From: Sphingomonadaceae bacterium
GTDB taxonomy: Bacteria > Pseudomonadota > Alphaproteobacteria > Sphingomonadales > Sphingomonadaceae
Direction of reading: 5' to 3'
Length of the DNA: 64,000 nt
Assembly: GCA_947375105.1 (NCBI GenBank)
Contig: CANCET010000002.1
Span: forward strand, 10,471 to 74,470
In this document: positions 18,564 to 27,308 of the stretch, in pieces
How positions within the stretch are numbered: position 1 is the stretch's first letter
Layout: each line of letters starts with the position of its first letter
The notes under the pieces: model-generated
What the model saw: the letters and a program-made list of their open reading frames with translations, nothing else
What the model was told of the DNA's origin: nothing
Databases searched by the model: none
Made by a program: the position numbers and the translations under genes

Positions 18564-19757
18564 TCAGGCTTTTGGAGGCAAAGCGGCGATGAGTTCGGGC
18601 GCGATGTCCTTCTGGCCATGCTCGTCGATGTGGCGCTGAATGCGGTCCTGGATCGCGGCACCGATCTGCCCGGCCAGTTCGGGCCGGTTGGCGCGGCATT
18701 CGGCCTCCGACACGGCGCGGTTGTCGATCATGTCGTCGACCTGCGGCATGACGAAACGGGCAAACATCTCGTAGGAGCGCTTGGTCTCGGCCCAATCGGC
18801 CCAGTTGTGCGCAAACAGCACCAGCGTGCCGAACCCGCCCGACTGTGCCTGCAGCCGCTTGATCTGCGCCACGGCGTCGTCGGGCGTGCCGATCACCGCC
18901 ATGTGCGAGCTCATGAGCGCATCGATGACATCGCCGCCGCCCGGAACGATCGGCAAGGCTGCCACGTTGCGCAGGTAGTCGGCCCAGCCTTCGACGCCAA
19001 ACTCGACCTCTTTGCGGGCCTGTTCACGCGTCGGTGCAATATGCATCGGCGCGACCAATCGCCAGTTCTTGCGATCAATCGTCTTCCCACTGGCCTTGGC
19101 CGTGTCCTCGGCGATATTCCAGTTGGCCGAAAGCGCATCGAAAGCGCCGCCGGACGTCGCGCCGAATGAGAGCATGCCGATGCCGTTGCGCCCGGCTGCG
19201 CGCGATCCGGTCGGAGAAATTGTGCTGGCCGCGATCATGTCAATGCCGGGCCGCGAATAGGGCGTCATGTGGATCCGCGCATTGTCGAGCGTGAACCAGT
19301 CGGTCTTGGCCGTTACCGTTTCACCGCGCAGCAGACGAACAAGCACGTCGATGCCTTCATCCATCATGTCGCGCTGCTTGGCGACGGGAATGCCCATCAT
19401 CTTGGCATCGGAGGCCAGCGAACCAGGCCCCATGCCGAGCATGACGCGGCCACGAGTCATGTGATCGAGCTGGCTGTAGCGCTCGGCGATCATCAGCGGA
19501 TGGTGATAGGGCACCGAGGTCACCGCCGAGCCCAGCTTGATGCGCTTGGTGCGCTCAGCCGCAGCCGCGATCATCACTTCGGGGCTTGCGATCAGTTCCC
19601 AGCCGGCTGAATGGTGCTCGCCATACCACAGCTCGTCAAAGCCAAGATATTCGAGGTGCTCCGCCAGCTCGAGATCGCGCTGCAAGGTGAGCGTCGGGTT
19701 CTCGTTCAGCGGATGGTGGGGGCCGCAGAAGGCACCAAATCGAAGCTTGCCAGACAT
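18564..19757 (-). CDS. LLM-class flavin-dependent monooxygenase, limonene 1,2-monooxygenase (LimB)-like
   Basis: LRFGAF..PHH..NPTLTLQRDL, GFDELWYGEHHSAG, LDHMTRGR, GPGSLASDA, SPTGSRAAG. Confidence 0.82.
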   Translation of the reverse strand: MSGKLRFGAFCGPHHPLNENPTLTLQRDLELAEHLEYLGFDELWYGEHHSAGWELIASPEVMIAAAAERTKRIKLGSAVTSVPYHHPLMIAERYSQLDHMTRGRVMLGMGPGSLASDAKMMGIPVAKQRDMMDEGIDVLVRLLRGETVTAKTDWFTLDNARIHMTPYSRPGIDMIAASTISPTGSRAAGRNGIGMLSFGATSGGAFDALSANWNIAEDTAKASGKTIDRKNWRLVAPMHIAPTREQARKEVEFGVEGWADYLRNVAALPIVPGGGDVIDALMSSHMAVIGTPDDAVAQIKRLQAQSGGFGTLVLFAHNWADWAETKRSYEMFARFVMPQVDDMIDNRAVSEAECRANRPELAGQIGAAIQDRIQRHIDEHGQKDIAPELIAALPPKA

Positions 19758-19813
19758 CCGTGTTCTCCAGAATTGAAATCGTTCAAACGCGCCCCGTTCC
19801 GTGCAGGGCTTCT

Positions 19814-19845
19814 GGGCCGGGCGGATGAGGGAATCCGTCCGGCCC
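19814..19845 (-). other. GC-rich hairpin just after the TBDR stop; no U-tract, probably an mRNA-stabilising stem
   Basis: GGGCCGGGCGGAT-N6-ATCCGTCCGGCCC, 12/13 complementary. Confidence 0.6.
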
Positions 19846-19850
19846 TGACC

Positions 19851-22256
19851 TTAGAACTTGTAGCGCAGCTCCGCCATGAACGTGCGCGGCGCGCCCGGCA
19901 CGATGGTGTTGAACTGGAACAGCTCGCCGGTGGCGATGCCGCCCACGTAGTAGGTCCGGTTGAAGGCGTTCTTGAGGTTTGCGGAAAGAGACCAGCCCGC
20001 CTTCTCGTCCTGGATACCGACCCGGAAGTTCGCCAGCGTGTAGCCGTCGATATGGGCCCCGGTGTTGTTGTTGCCGGTCGACGAGAACCAGAACAGCGAC
20101 TGCGAGTAGACATCTCCGCGCAACGTGCCGCTGATCGAGCCCGCAAGCGGGACATTGACCTCGGCATAGGCGCCGCCCGACCATTCCGGCGTATCCGGAT
20201 ACGTGCCGAAGGCCACCGGCGCGCCGCCACCGATCGAGACGAGATTGTCGGTGAAGCGGGCATTGGTATAATTCACCGAGCCGCCGATCGAGAGCCAGTC
20301 CGCCGGGCGGATCGAGGTATCAAGCTCGAAGCCAGTGATCTTCGAACGTGGCACGTTGACGGTGACCGCCGCCGGGGTCGAACCGAGCAGTGTATAGGCC
20401 ACGCGCTGACCATCCTTGATCCAGTTCTGGTAGCCCGCGACGTTGAAGGTCACCGGCATGGTGCCAAGCATGCCGCGATACTTGAGGCCGAGTTCGACGT
20501 CGGTCAGTGTTTCGCGGCCATAGCCGTCGCCGCCCTGCGACCCAGGGCCCGGCACCGGGTTCTGGATGCCGTTGTAGCCGCCGTTCTTGTAGCTGCGACG
20601 CGAGGCGAGGTAGACGAGCAGGTCCGGCGTGATCTGGTCCTGCAGGCCGATCGTCCAGCTGACGTTCCCGAACGACTTGTTCTGGTGGAAGTTGTAGGTG
20701 GCCTGTGCTGCCGGCGACGCCTGATAGGCAGTGTCGTCCGCAAGCACATCGAACTTGATCTTCTCATGGGTAAAGCGGGCACCGAGCGTGAAGCCCAGAC
20801 CCTTGATCCCGGTTGCATCACTCAGATCATAGGTCGCCTGACCATAGCCCGCGATCATGTCGCGGGTGGTTTTCTTGTGGTAGACCGTGGTCGACGTGAG
20901 TGGCGGGAAATCGAGCAGCAGGCTGGTCGTCAGGTCGACGTTGGTCTCGTGCGAATAAAACGCGCCGATCACGTAGTTGAGATTGCCGCCCAGCGCTTTG
21001 CCGGCAAGCTGAAGCTCTTCCGAGACCTGCTTGGTAAAGTCGTTCTTGCCGCCGCCGGGGCCGTTGCTGTCGATGCCATAGGGCATGCCGTCGATGTCGC
21101 CCATCGAGTTGGCCTTGAGGCTGGTGAAGCCGAAGATGTTGCGCACCTTGGTATCGGCTCCGACATCGAACGAGGTGATGTTGGAGAGGATAAAGTTGCG
21201 GCCGACGTAGGCATTGGTGCCGTCGGTCTCGATCTTGTAGGGCCCGCGCGCCTGCTGGGTGGCAAGGTACGACACAACACCACCCGGATCGAGCTTGGGA
21301 TTGGCAGCGGCATACTTGGCCGCGCAGTTGTTGGTGGTGTCGTTGCAACCGGCGAGGCCGCCGGTGAAGGCGTTGATCAGGAAGTTGTACTGCGCCTGGT
21401 TGCCGAAGTTGGTCAACGCAAGGAGCGGCACCGCGCCCGCCGGGTCGAGGCTGCTGACCAGGCCGCTGATGCTGTTGCCGCCCGAGTGCAGGTAGTCGAC
21501 CACGAGATCGTTCTTGATCGAGTCGGAAAGCTTGATCGTCAGGCTGCCACGCAGGCCAAAGCGGTCCACATTGCCGGCCCGGTTATTCTGGAACAGGTTG
21601 ACCTGATAGCCGTCGCGCTTTTCGTAGAAGCCGGCAACGCGCGCCAGCACCCGGTCGGTCGCCAGCGGCACATTGAGCGCGCCTTCGAGCGTATAAGCCT
21701 TGTAGTTGCCGATGCGGCCAAGGACATAGCCACCGAAGGTTTCGGTCGGGCGCTGCGATGTGAACAGCACCGCGCCGCCGGTCGAGTTGCGTCCAAACAG
21801 CGTGCCCTGCGGGCCCTTGAGGACCTGGACCGATTGGAGGTCATAGAACGCCGAAGAGCCCCCACCGACGCCGTCGAGCTGAATTTCATCGAAATAGGGA
21901 AGCACGCCCGGGCGCGTGTCACTGAAGGCATCAAGCGACTGGCCGCGCAGCGCATAGTTGAGCTGGTTCGAGTTCTGGCCAGCCCGGATCGTAAGGCCCG
22001 GCGTAGCGGTCTGAAGGTCTGCCTCAGTGACGATCGCGCGCTTGGTCAGCGCGTCGCCGCTGATCACCGCGACCGCGACCGGCGTGCGCTGCAGCGATTC
22101 CGAGCGTCGCTGCGCGGTGACGATGATCTCGCCCGACGGATCGCTGGCAGCAGCCCCGTCCTGAGCGGCCTGAGCTGCCTGAGCGTGAGCGGCGGTCGCA
22201 TTTGCCAGAGCCAATGCTGTCAACGCGGATGCAATGCCAATCTTATGCTTGGTCAT
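19851..22256 (-). CDS. TonB-dependent receptor 1
   Basis: Signal peptide, EIIVTAQRRSESLQ, VLKGPQGTLFGRNSTGGA plug, C-terminal LRYKF. Confidence 0.95.
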   Translation of the reverse strand: MTKHKIGIASALTALALANATAAHAQAAQAAQDGAAASDPSGEIIVTAQRRSESLQRTPVAVAVISGDALTKRAIVTEADLQTATPGLTIRAGQNSNQLNYALRGQSLDAFSDTRPGVLPYFDEIQLDGVGGGSSAFYDLQSVQVLKGPQGTLFGRNSTGGAVLFTSQRPTETFGGYVLGRIGNYKAYTLEGALNVPLATDRVLARVAGFYEKRDGYQVNLFQNNRAGNVDRFGLRGSLTIKLSDSIKNDLVVDYLHSGGNSISGLVSSLDPAGAVPLLALTNFGNQAQYNFLINAFTGGLAGCNDTTNNCAAKYAAANPKLDPGGVVSYLATQQARGPYKIETDGTNAYVGRNFILSNITSFDVGADTKVRNIFGFTSLKANSMGDIDGMPYGIDSNGPGGGKNDFTKQVSEELQLAGKALGGNLNYVIGAFYSHETNVDLTTSLLLDFPPLTSTTVYHKKTTRDMIAGYGQATYDLSDATGIKGLGFTLGARFTHEKIKFDVLADDTAYQASPAAQATYNFHQNKSFGNVSWTIGLQDQITPDLLVYLASRRSYKNGGYNGIQNPVPGPGSQGGDGYGRETLTDVELGLKYRGMLGTMPVTFNVAGYQNWIKDGQRVAYTLLGSTPAAVTVNVPRSKITGFELDTSIRPADWLSIGGSVNYTNARFTDNLVSIGGGAPVAFGTYPDTPEWSGGAYAEVNVPLAGSISGTLRGDVYSQSLFWFSSTGNNNTGAHIDGYTLANFRVGIQDEKAGWSLSANLKNAFNRTYYVGGIATGELFQFNTIVPGAPRTFMAELRYKF

Positions 22257-22378
22257 GGATATCCCCTTCCCTTGAATGTTTCGAATTTCGTTCTGGTCGC
22301 CTCGCCGCCGGCTATGTCCGGCTTTGCCAATGCGTCGGAGATTGTGTCCGCCCGAACGGATTTAGTTAGCCAGTTCAC

Positions 22379-22407
22379 TTGATAGATTCGACCCACCCCT
22401 CTGTCAA
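22379..22407 (-). promoter_or_regulatory. Sigma70-type promoter for the TBDR1 operon (TTGACA-N17-TATCAA)
   Basis: Reverse complement of 22402-22407 is TTGACA and of 22379-22384 is TATCAA; 17-nt spacer. Confidence 0.7.
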
Positions 22408-22419
22408 CACAGTAGTTGA
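22404..22419. promoter_or_regulatory. Operator palindrome TCAAC-N6-GTTGA (site A)
   Basis: TCAACACAGTAGTTGA, overlapping the -35 of the TBDR1 promoter. Confidence 0.7.
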
Positions 22420-22669
22420 AAAACGATGATGCCTGCTTTGCTGCATGTGCCAATGCGTCGCCGATCCGCGATCGAGAGCGTGCAGGGCTGTCAATTTTGG
22501 AGAGCCCTTAACCCGATTTTTATTATTTTTTATCATTATCTTACATCACGATTGGCTGGCCTCGGGGAACGCGTCTGGCTTGCAAGCACACACTCTCGCC
22601 GGCACCGAACCAGCGCTAACGGAGACTGCGGCCGACGAAGCGAAGCGGTCCAACCAAACGCCGCCAGCG

Positions 22670-22697
22670 TTGACATTACACCAGTGAACGATATTCA
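22670..22697 (+). promoter_or_regulatory. Possible sigma70 promoter for the SDR/barrel/kinase operon (TTGACA-N16-TATTCA)
   Basis: Perfect -35 at 22670-22675, weak -10 at 22692-22697. Confidence 0.4.
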
Positions 22698-22829
22698 TAG
22701 GTGGAGGAGATGGTAAGCGCACATATCGTTCGGGCAGGAACGTCGGCGTCTGGAAGATCGGCAATCAAGCCGCGCCAAGACCACCACGTCCGGCATAGCC
22801 GCAAAACCACCCCCAAACGGAGAGATGTC

Positions 22830-23576
22830 ATGGGTAGATTGTCAGGCAAGGTCGCCATCATCACGGGTGCGTCGCAAGGCATGGGTGAAGCCCACGCAAA
22901 GGCCTTTGTTGCCGAAGGCGCCAGCGTGATCCTCACCGACATAAACGCCGTAGCTGGCGAAGCGCTGGCCGAGGCGCTGGGCAGCCAAGCCATGTTTGTG
23001 AAGCACGATGTCGCCAGCGAAGCCGGCTGGGCGGAAGTCGTTGCTGCCGGCGAAGCCCGCTTTGGTCGGGTCACCGTGCTGGTCAACAATGCCGGGATCA
23101 TCGGTACCATCGCCAAGACGGCTGACCTTTCAGCGGCCGATTTTGCACACGTCTGCGCGGTCAACCAGACTGGCGTGTTTCTGGGCATGCGCGCGGTCCT
23201 GCCCTCGATGATCGCCAGCGGCGGCGGCTCGATCGTGAACATCTCCTCGACCTCGGGCATGATCGCCAATGTCGGGACGCCCAATCTCGCCTATGCTGGC
23301 AGCAAGTTCGCGGTGCGGGGCATGACCAAGCAGGTCGCCGTCGAATACGGCGACCAGAACATCCGCGCCAATTCGGTCCACCCGGGCTACGTCAAAACTC
23401 CGATGATGGTCGCCGCGACCGATGAGGACGGAGGCGGCGCAGCGGCGGGTATCCCGCTCCGCCGTTTTGCGGAGCCTTCGGAGATCTCGCCACTGGTGGT
23501 GTTCCTTGCCTCGGACGAATCCTCGTTCATCACCGGCACCGAGCATGTCATCGACGGCGGCATGATAGTGTGCTGA
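22830..23576 (+). CDS. SDR, secondary/cyclic alcohol dehydrogenase type (3alpha,20beta-HSD / cyclopentanol dehydrogenase-like)
   Basis: MGRLSGKVAIITGASQGMG, VNNAG, YAGSK, NSVHPG, VIDGG. Confidence 0.88.
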   Translation: MGRLSGKVAIITGASQGMGEAHAKAFVAEGASVILTDINAVAGEALAEALGSQAMFVKHDVASEAGWAEVVAAGEARFGRVTVLVNNAGIIGTIAKTADLSAADFAHVCAVNQTGVFLGMRAVLPSMIASGGGSIVNISSTSGMIANVGTPNLAYAGSKFAVRGMTKQVAVEYGDQNIRANSVHPGYVKTPMMVAATDEDGGGAAAGIPLRRFAEPSEISPLVVFLASDESSFITGTEHVIDGGMIVC

Positions 23577-23601
23577 GGCGGCTGGTGCTGGAGACCCTAA
23601 G

Positions 23602-24573
23602 ATGATCACTGCTCAGGATTTCGCGTTCCACCCCCGTGACCCCGCGGATATGCAGTGGACCGAAACGCTGTTCCTGATCTTTTCGGTGCCCGAAGCGGGC
23701 ATCAGCGGCAATCTCTACAATCTGGCGCGGCCCAATCTCGGCGTCTGCCACAGCTCGATCGAGATCCACAAAGGGCTCAGCCTGCATCCCTGGCAGATCG
23801 AGCACAACGATGCGCAGATGCATTTGCCCTGCCCCGAGCGCTTCGAAGATTTCACGCTGGCCAATGGCCTGTCGTTTCAGGCGCACAGCGCCCGCGATTG
23901 CGCGTTCCAGTACCAGTCGCTCGATGGCAATTGCGCGCTCGACATCACCTACAGCGCTGTGTGCGATCCCTTCGATCCTCACGATGCGGCGGAGAACCCG
24001 CTGATCGCCTCGTCCAAGCTCGCCGGCTATGATGGCTGGAACACCGGCCATATGGAAAGCAAAGGCCGCGTGACCGGCACGCTCTCGCTTCACGGCCGCG
24101 AGTACAAGGTCGATTGCACCGAGGGCATGAACAAGAGCTGGGGCCCGCGCAAGGACTGGGGCAGCAAGGGCGGCACCTGGGTTCATGTCAACCTCGGCCC
24201 CGATCTCGGCGCATTCCTCGTCTTGGGACTCGAATTCGAGAACAAGGAGGTCGTCTACGGCCCCTTCAAGTTCGGCTACGTGGTCGTCGACGGCGAGCGC
24301 CGCCCCCTCGTTCGGGCAACCATGCGCGCGCAGCGGTTCGATATGCTGGTCACCCGCGCCGTGGTCGAGTTCGAAGACGACCGTGGCAATTGCTGGAACG
24401 CGGTCGGCACGACTGTTGCTGCCGCGCCGTGGTACAACTTCAATCCATCGAGCGCGGCTTTCCAGACCTTGATGCGCTGGGAAAGCGGCACCCGCGTCGG
24501 CCATAGCCACATCGCCGATTTCGCCGGCCTCGCGCACCTTTCGCGCGGGATGGCCGACAAACATGACACCTGA
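23602..24573 (+). CDS. Uncharacterised predicted tandem beta-barrel protein (tocopherol cyclase/AttH/CrtC-like), copy 1
   Basis: Beta-strand-like pattern; WTETLFL, GTLSLHGREYKVD, MNKSWGPR (cf. the EKNWG/DHxWG motif of this superfamily). Confidence 0.6.
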   Translation: MITAQDFAFHPRDPADMQWTETLFLIFSVPEAGISGNLYNLARPNLGVCHSSIEIHKGLSLHPWQIEHNDAQMHLPCPERFEDFTLANGLSFQAHSARDCAFQYQSLDGNCALDITYSAVCDPFDPHDAAENPLIASSKLAGYDGWNTGHMESKGRVTGTLSLHGREYKVDCTEGMNKSWGPRKDWGSKGGTWVHVNLGPDLGAFLVLGLEFENKEVVYGPFKFGYVVVDGERRPLVRATMRAQRFDMLVTRAVVEFEDDRGNCWNAVGTTVAAAPWYNFNPSSAAFQTLMRWESGTRVGHSHIADFAGLAHLSRGMADKHDT

Positions 24574-24601
24574 CCCAAAGAGCGGGACGACGGACTAGAC
24601 C

Positions 24602-25819
24602 ATGATCGACGACAGCATCCGGCAGCATCCCAGCGATGCCTTCATCGAAGCGGTCCGCGCGCGGTTTCCCACCGAGCGCGAAGTGGACACCGTGCTCACC
24701 CGCAAGATGCGCCGCCGCAATGGTCCTTCGTTTCAGGCGGTCGGGTTGGAAACGCTCGTTGATGGCACAGAGCGCCTGATCACCAATCAGGTCGGCTATC
24801 CGGTCCGCATCGCTGATGCGCGCTGGCTTTCCGGCGGCGCATCCAAGCTTCAGATGCTGTTCAACCTCCAATGGCGCGGCGAGAACGCCAATGGCCAGGC
24901 GCAAGTCGTCACACCAATGGTGCTGCGCATGGAACCGGCCGCTTCGGTTACAGAGTCGAGCCGTCGGCGCGAGTTCGAAGTGATCCGCGCGGTCGCGGGC
25001 ACCGTGCCAGTCCCGCATGCCTACTGGATGGACCCAGACGCCCAGTTCCTGCCCTATCCGGCGATGATCTATGGCTTTGCCGCCGGCACAGCGAAGCCTT
25101 CGCACGATGCTGGCAAAGTCACCGGCCTCGGCCAGAACTATGGGCCGGAGCTGCGTGCCAAGCTGGCACCGCAGTTCATCGAATACCTTGCCCGCATCCA
25201 TAACCTTCCTATCGGCGCGCCGCCGGTGCTCGCCAGCTTCGACCGGCCGGAAGTGGGCTCGAATGCGTCGGTCATCCGGCAGGTCAATGCTGCGCGGCGC
25301 ATCTGGGAGGAAGACCGGATCGAGGACGAACCGGTCATGGCAGTGGTCTACAAGTGGCTCATCCGCAACGCCCCGCCAATCGACCATATCTCGATCGTCC
25401 ATGCCGACTATCGCAGCGGCAATTTCCTGTTCGATGAAGCGAGGGGCGAGATCACCGCATGGCTCGATTGGGAAGGTGCTGTGCTGGGCGACCGGCATCA
25501 GGACCTGACATATGCAGCGCTGCCGATCTTCCAGCATTATGCCGAAGATGGCGAGACGATCCTGGTCTCGGGGATGATGCCCGAGGCAGAGCTTTATGCC
25601 GCCTATGAAAAGGCCTCAGGCCTGCCGGTCGATCCGGTTCGCATCCGCTATTTCGGCGTGTTCAACCGCTATCTCGTCTCGGTGCTGCTGCTCGCAGCCT
25701 CGACCCGGGCGGCACGCGGCGCGGCAACCCATCAGGACGTGCTCCTCAACCATGTTGCCGGAATGGGCTACCTCGCCCTCTCCGATCTGCTCGGCAATTT
25801 ACGGAGTGCGACGGCATGA
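24602..25819 (+). CDS. APH/choline-kinase-fold phosphotransferase (LvaA / ACAD10-11 kinase-like), copy 1
   Basis: LSGGASK loop, REFEVI, HADYRSGN, LDWE, GDRHQDL. Confidence 0.88.
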   Translation: MIDDSIRQHPSDAFIEAVRARFPTEREVDTVLTRKMRRRNGPSFQAVGLETLVDGTERLITNQVGYPVRIADARWLSGGASKLQMLFNLQWRGENANGQAQVVTPMVLRMEPAASVTESSRRREFEVIRAVAGTVPVPHAYWMDPDAQFLPYPAMIYGFAAGTAKPSHDAGKVTGLGQNYGPELRAKLAPQFIEYLARIHNLPIGAPPVLASFDRPEVGSNASVIRQVNAARRIWEEDRIEDEPVMAVVYKWLIRNAPPIDHISIVHADYRSGNFLFDEARGEITAWLDWEGAVLGDRHQDLTYAALPIFQHYAEDGETILVSGMMPEAELYAAYEKASGLPVDPVRIRYFGVFNRYLVSVLLLAASTRAARGAATHQDVLLNHVAGMGYLALSDLLGNLRSATA

Positions 25820-26319
25820 ACCAGGATTTCGAAACGCAGTTGCAAGTGGTCCAGCGCGCGCTAGGCGAGGTGGTGCTTCCCGCTCTTGGGAGCGCTGACA
25901 AGCATGTGATCGAACAGCTCCACCTCTCGCTTGCCGCGATCGGCTTCATGCAGCAGCGCGTCCCGCTCGCGCGCCAATACTATCGCGGCACGCTTGAGCG
26001 CTATCTGGCTATGGCAGGCGCGGTCGCGGCGCTACTTGACGCTGACGCGGAGAGCCTCGCAGACCAGTCGAAGCAAAGCAAAGCAGTGCTGGACGATCCG
26101 GCCGCCTCGGACGCCGATCTGCGCGCCGCGACTGCCACGTTGCGAGCCGGCGTTGCTGCGCTTGTCGAAGCCGCGAAGGATACGCCGCAAGAGAGTGCGC
26201 TCGATGCGCTGGTCTTGGAATACAGCGAGGCAATCCTGAGCGAAGACCGCTCGTGGTGCATCCCGCTGGGCTTCGAACTGCGCCCCGAAGATCTGCCCAA
26301 GCCTGACTGGCAACCCTAA
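25816..26319 (+). CDS. Small helical protein coupled to the kinase (LvaB-like), copy 1
   Basis: ATGA overlap with the kinase; N-terminal QLQVVQRALGEVVLPAL pattern. Confidence 0.6.
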   Translation: MNQDFETQLQVVQRALGEVVLPALGSADKHVIEQLHLSLAAIGFMQQRVPLARQYYRGTLERYLAMAGAVAALLDADAESLADQSKQSKAVLDDPAASDADLRAATATLRAGVAALVEAAKDTPQESALDALVLEYSEAILSEDRSWCIPLGFELRPEDLPKPDWQP

Positions 26320-26324
26320 AAAAG

Positions 26325-27176
26325 CTAGAATTGCTTCACGGCAAAGGTCAGCGGATCGGGGCCGGTGCGGCCCTCCGCGCTGTCGAGTGTCGCAATCGCG
26401 CCGAGATCGGTTTCGTCGAGATCAAACGACAGTGAGGCCATGTTCTGCGCAAGGTGCTGCACACTCGTCGCCTTGGGAATGGCGGATGCGCCGGATTGGG
26501 TGAGCCAGCGCAGCACCACTTGCGAGGGCGTGCGCGCATGCTTTGCTGCGATTTCCGCAAGCACCGGCTCACCCAGCAGAGGGACTCCCCCGGTGCCGCC
26601 ACCGCCGAACGGCGACCAAGCCTGCGAAATGATGCCATGTTCCCGATGAAACGCATGCAGCGCGCGCTGCTGAAAGCGCGGATGCATTTCGATCTGGTTC
26701 ACCGCCGGCACGACCTCGGTTTCCGCGATCAACCGGCCAAGATGGTCTGCCGTGAAGTTTGAAACGCCAATCGAGCGGACCAGCCCCTCTTCCCGCAGCG
26801 CAATCAACGCGCGCCAGGTCTCGACGTAAAGGTCGTCCATCGGCAGCGGCCAGTGGATGAGGTAAAGATCGATCTGATCAAGGCCCAGACGCTGCAGACT
26901 CCCTTCGAGCGCTGCACGGGTTTTGCCGCTGCCATGCTCGGTGTTCCAGAGTTTGGTGGTGACGAACACACCCTTCCGCGCCAGCCCGCACTGCCGCAGA
27001 CCATCACCCACTTGTTGCTCGTTGCCATATACGGCCGCGCTGTCGAAGAGACGGTAGCCAGCGCCCGCCGCACTGGCGAGCACCGCCGCCGTTTCCCCTT
27101 CCGAGCCAAACCGCATGAGGCCGAGCCCCAGTTGCGGCATGCTGTGGCCATCATTGAGGATCACATTCGGGTTCAT
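26325..27176 (-). CDS. Aldo/keto reductase (2,5-DKG reductase-like)
   Basis: FDSAAVYGNE, TTKLWN, LIHWP, IGVSNF, NQIEMHP. Confidence 0.92.
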   Translation of the reverse strand: MNPNVILNDGHSMPQLGLGLMRFGSEGETAAVLASAAGAGYRLFDSAAVYGNEQQVGDGLRQCGLARKGVFVTTKLWNTEHGSGKTRAALEGSLQRLGLDQIDLYLIHWPLPMDDLYVETWRALIALREEGLVRSIGVSNFTADHLGRLIAETEVVPAVNQIEMHPRFQQRALHAFHREHGIISQAWSPFGGGGTGGVPLLGEPVLAEIAAKHARTPSQVVLRWLTQSGASAIPKATSVQHLAQNMASLSFDLDETDLGAIATLDSAEGRTGPDPLTFAVKQF

Positions 27177-27308
27177 CGTTTGTCCCCCTTGCCCTTGGAC
27201 AACCTTGTGGCGGGGCTGCCTTGTCTGCTTGCCACAAATGCTCCCGTCGTCACCTGCCCGACAAAGGTCGCTTCAACATAGTCCGACCAAGCGATCGGAG
27301 CCGTCAAC

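Noticed and set aside
19611-22382. 923-aa antisense ORF over TBDR1 (likewise 27312-29417, 34366-36186, 52558-54012 and many others)
   Set aside because: Shadow ORFs expected from high-GC codon bias opposite real genes; no recognisable motifs.
22701-22829. In-frame N-terminal extension of the SDR (GTG 22701, ATG 22710 after GGAGGAG)
   Set aside because: The SD is directly adjacent to the ATG, the extension looks non-protein-like, and the Rossmann start at 22830 has its own GGAGAG. Cannot be fully excluded.
24602-25819. Aminoglycoside phosphotransferase resistance genes (both kinases)
   Set aside because: Catabolic context, coupled LvaB-like partners and ACAD10/LvaA-type motifs; no resistance or mobile context.
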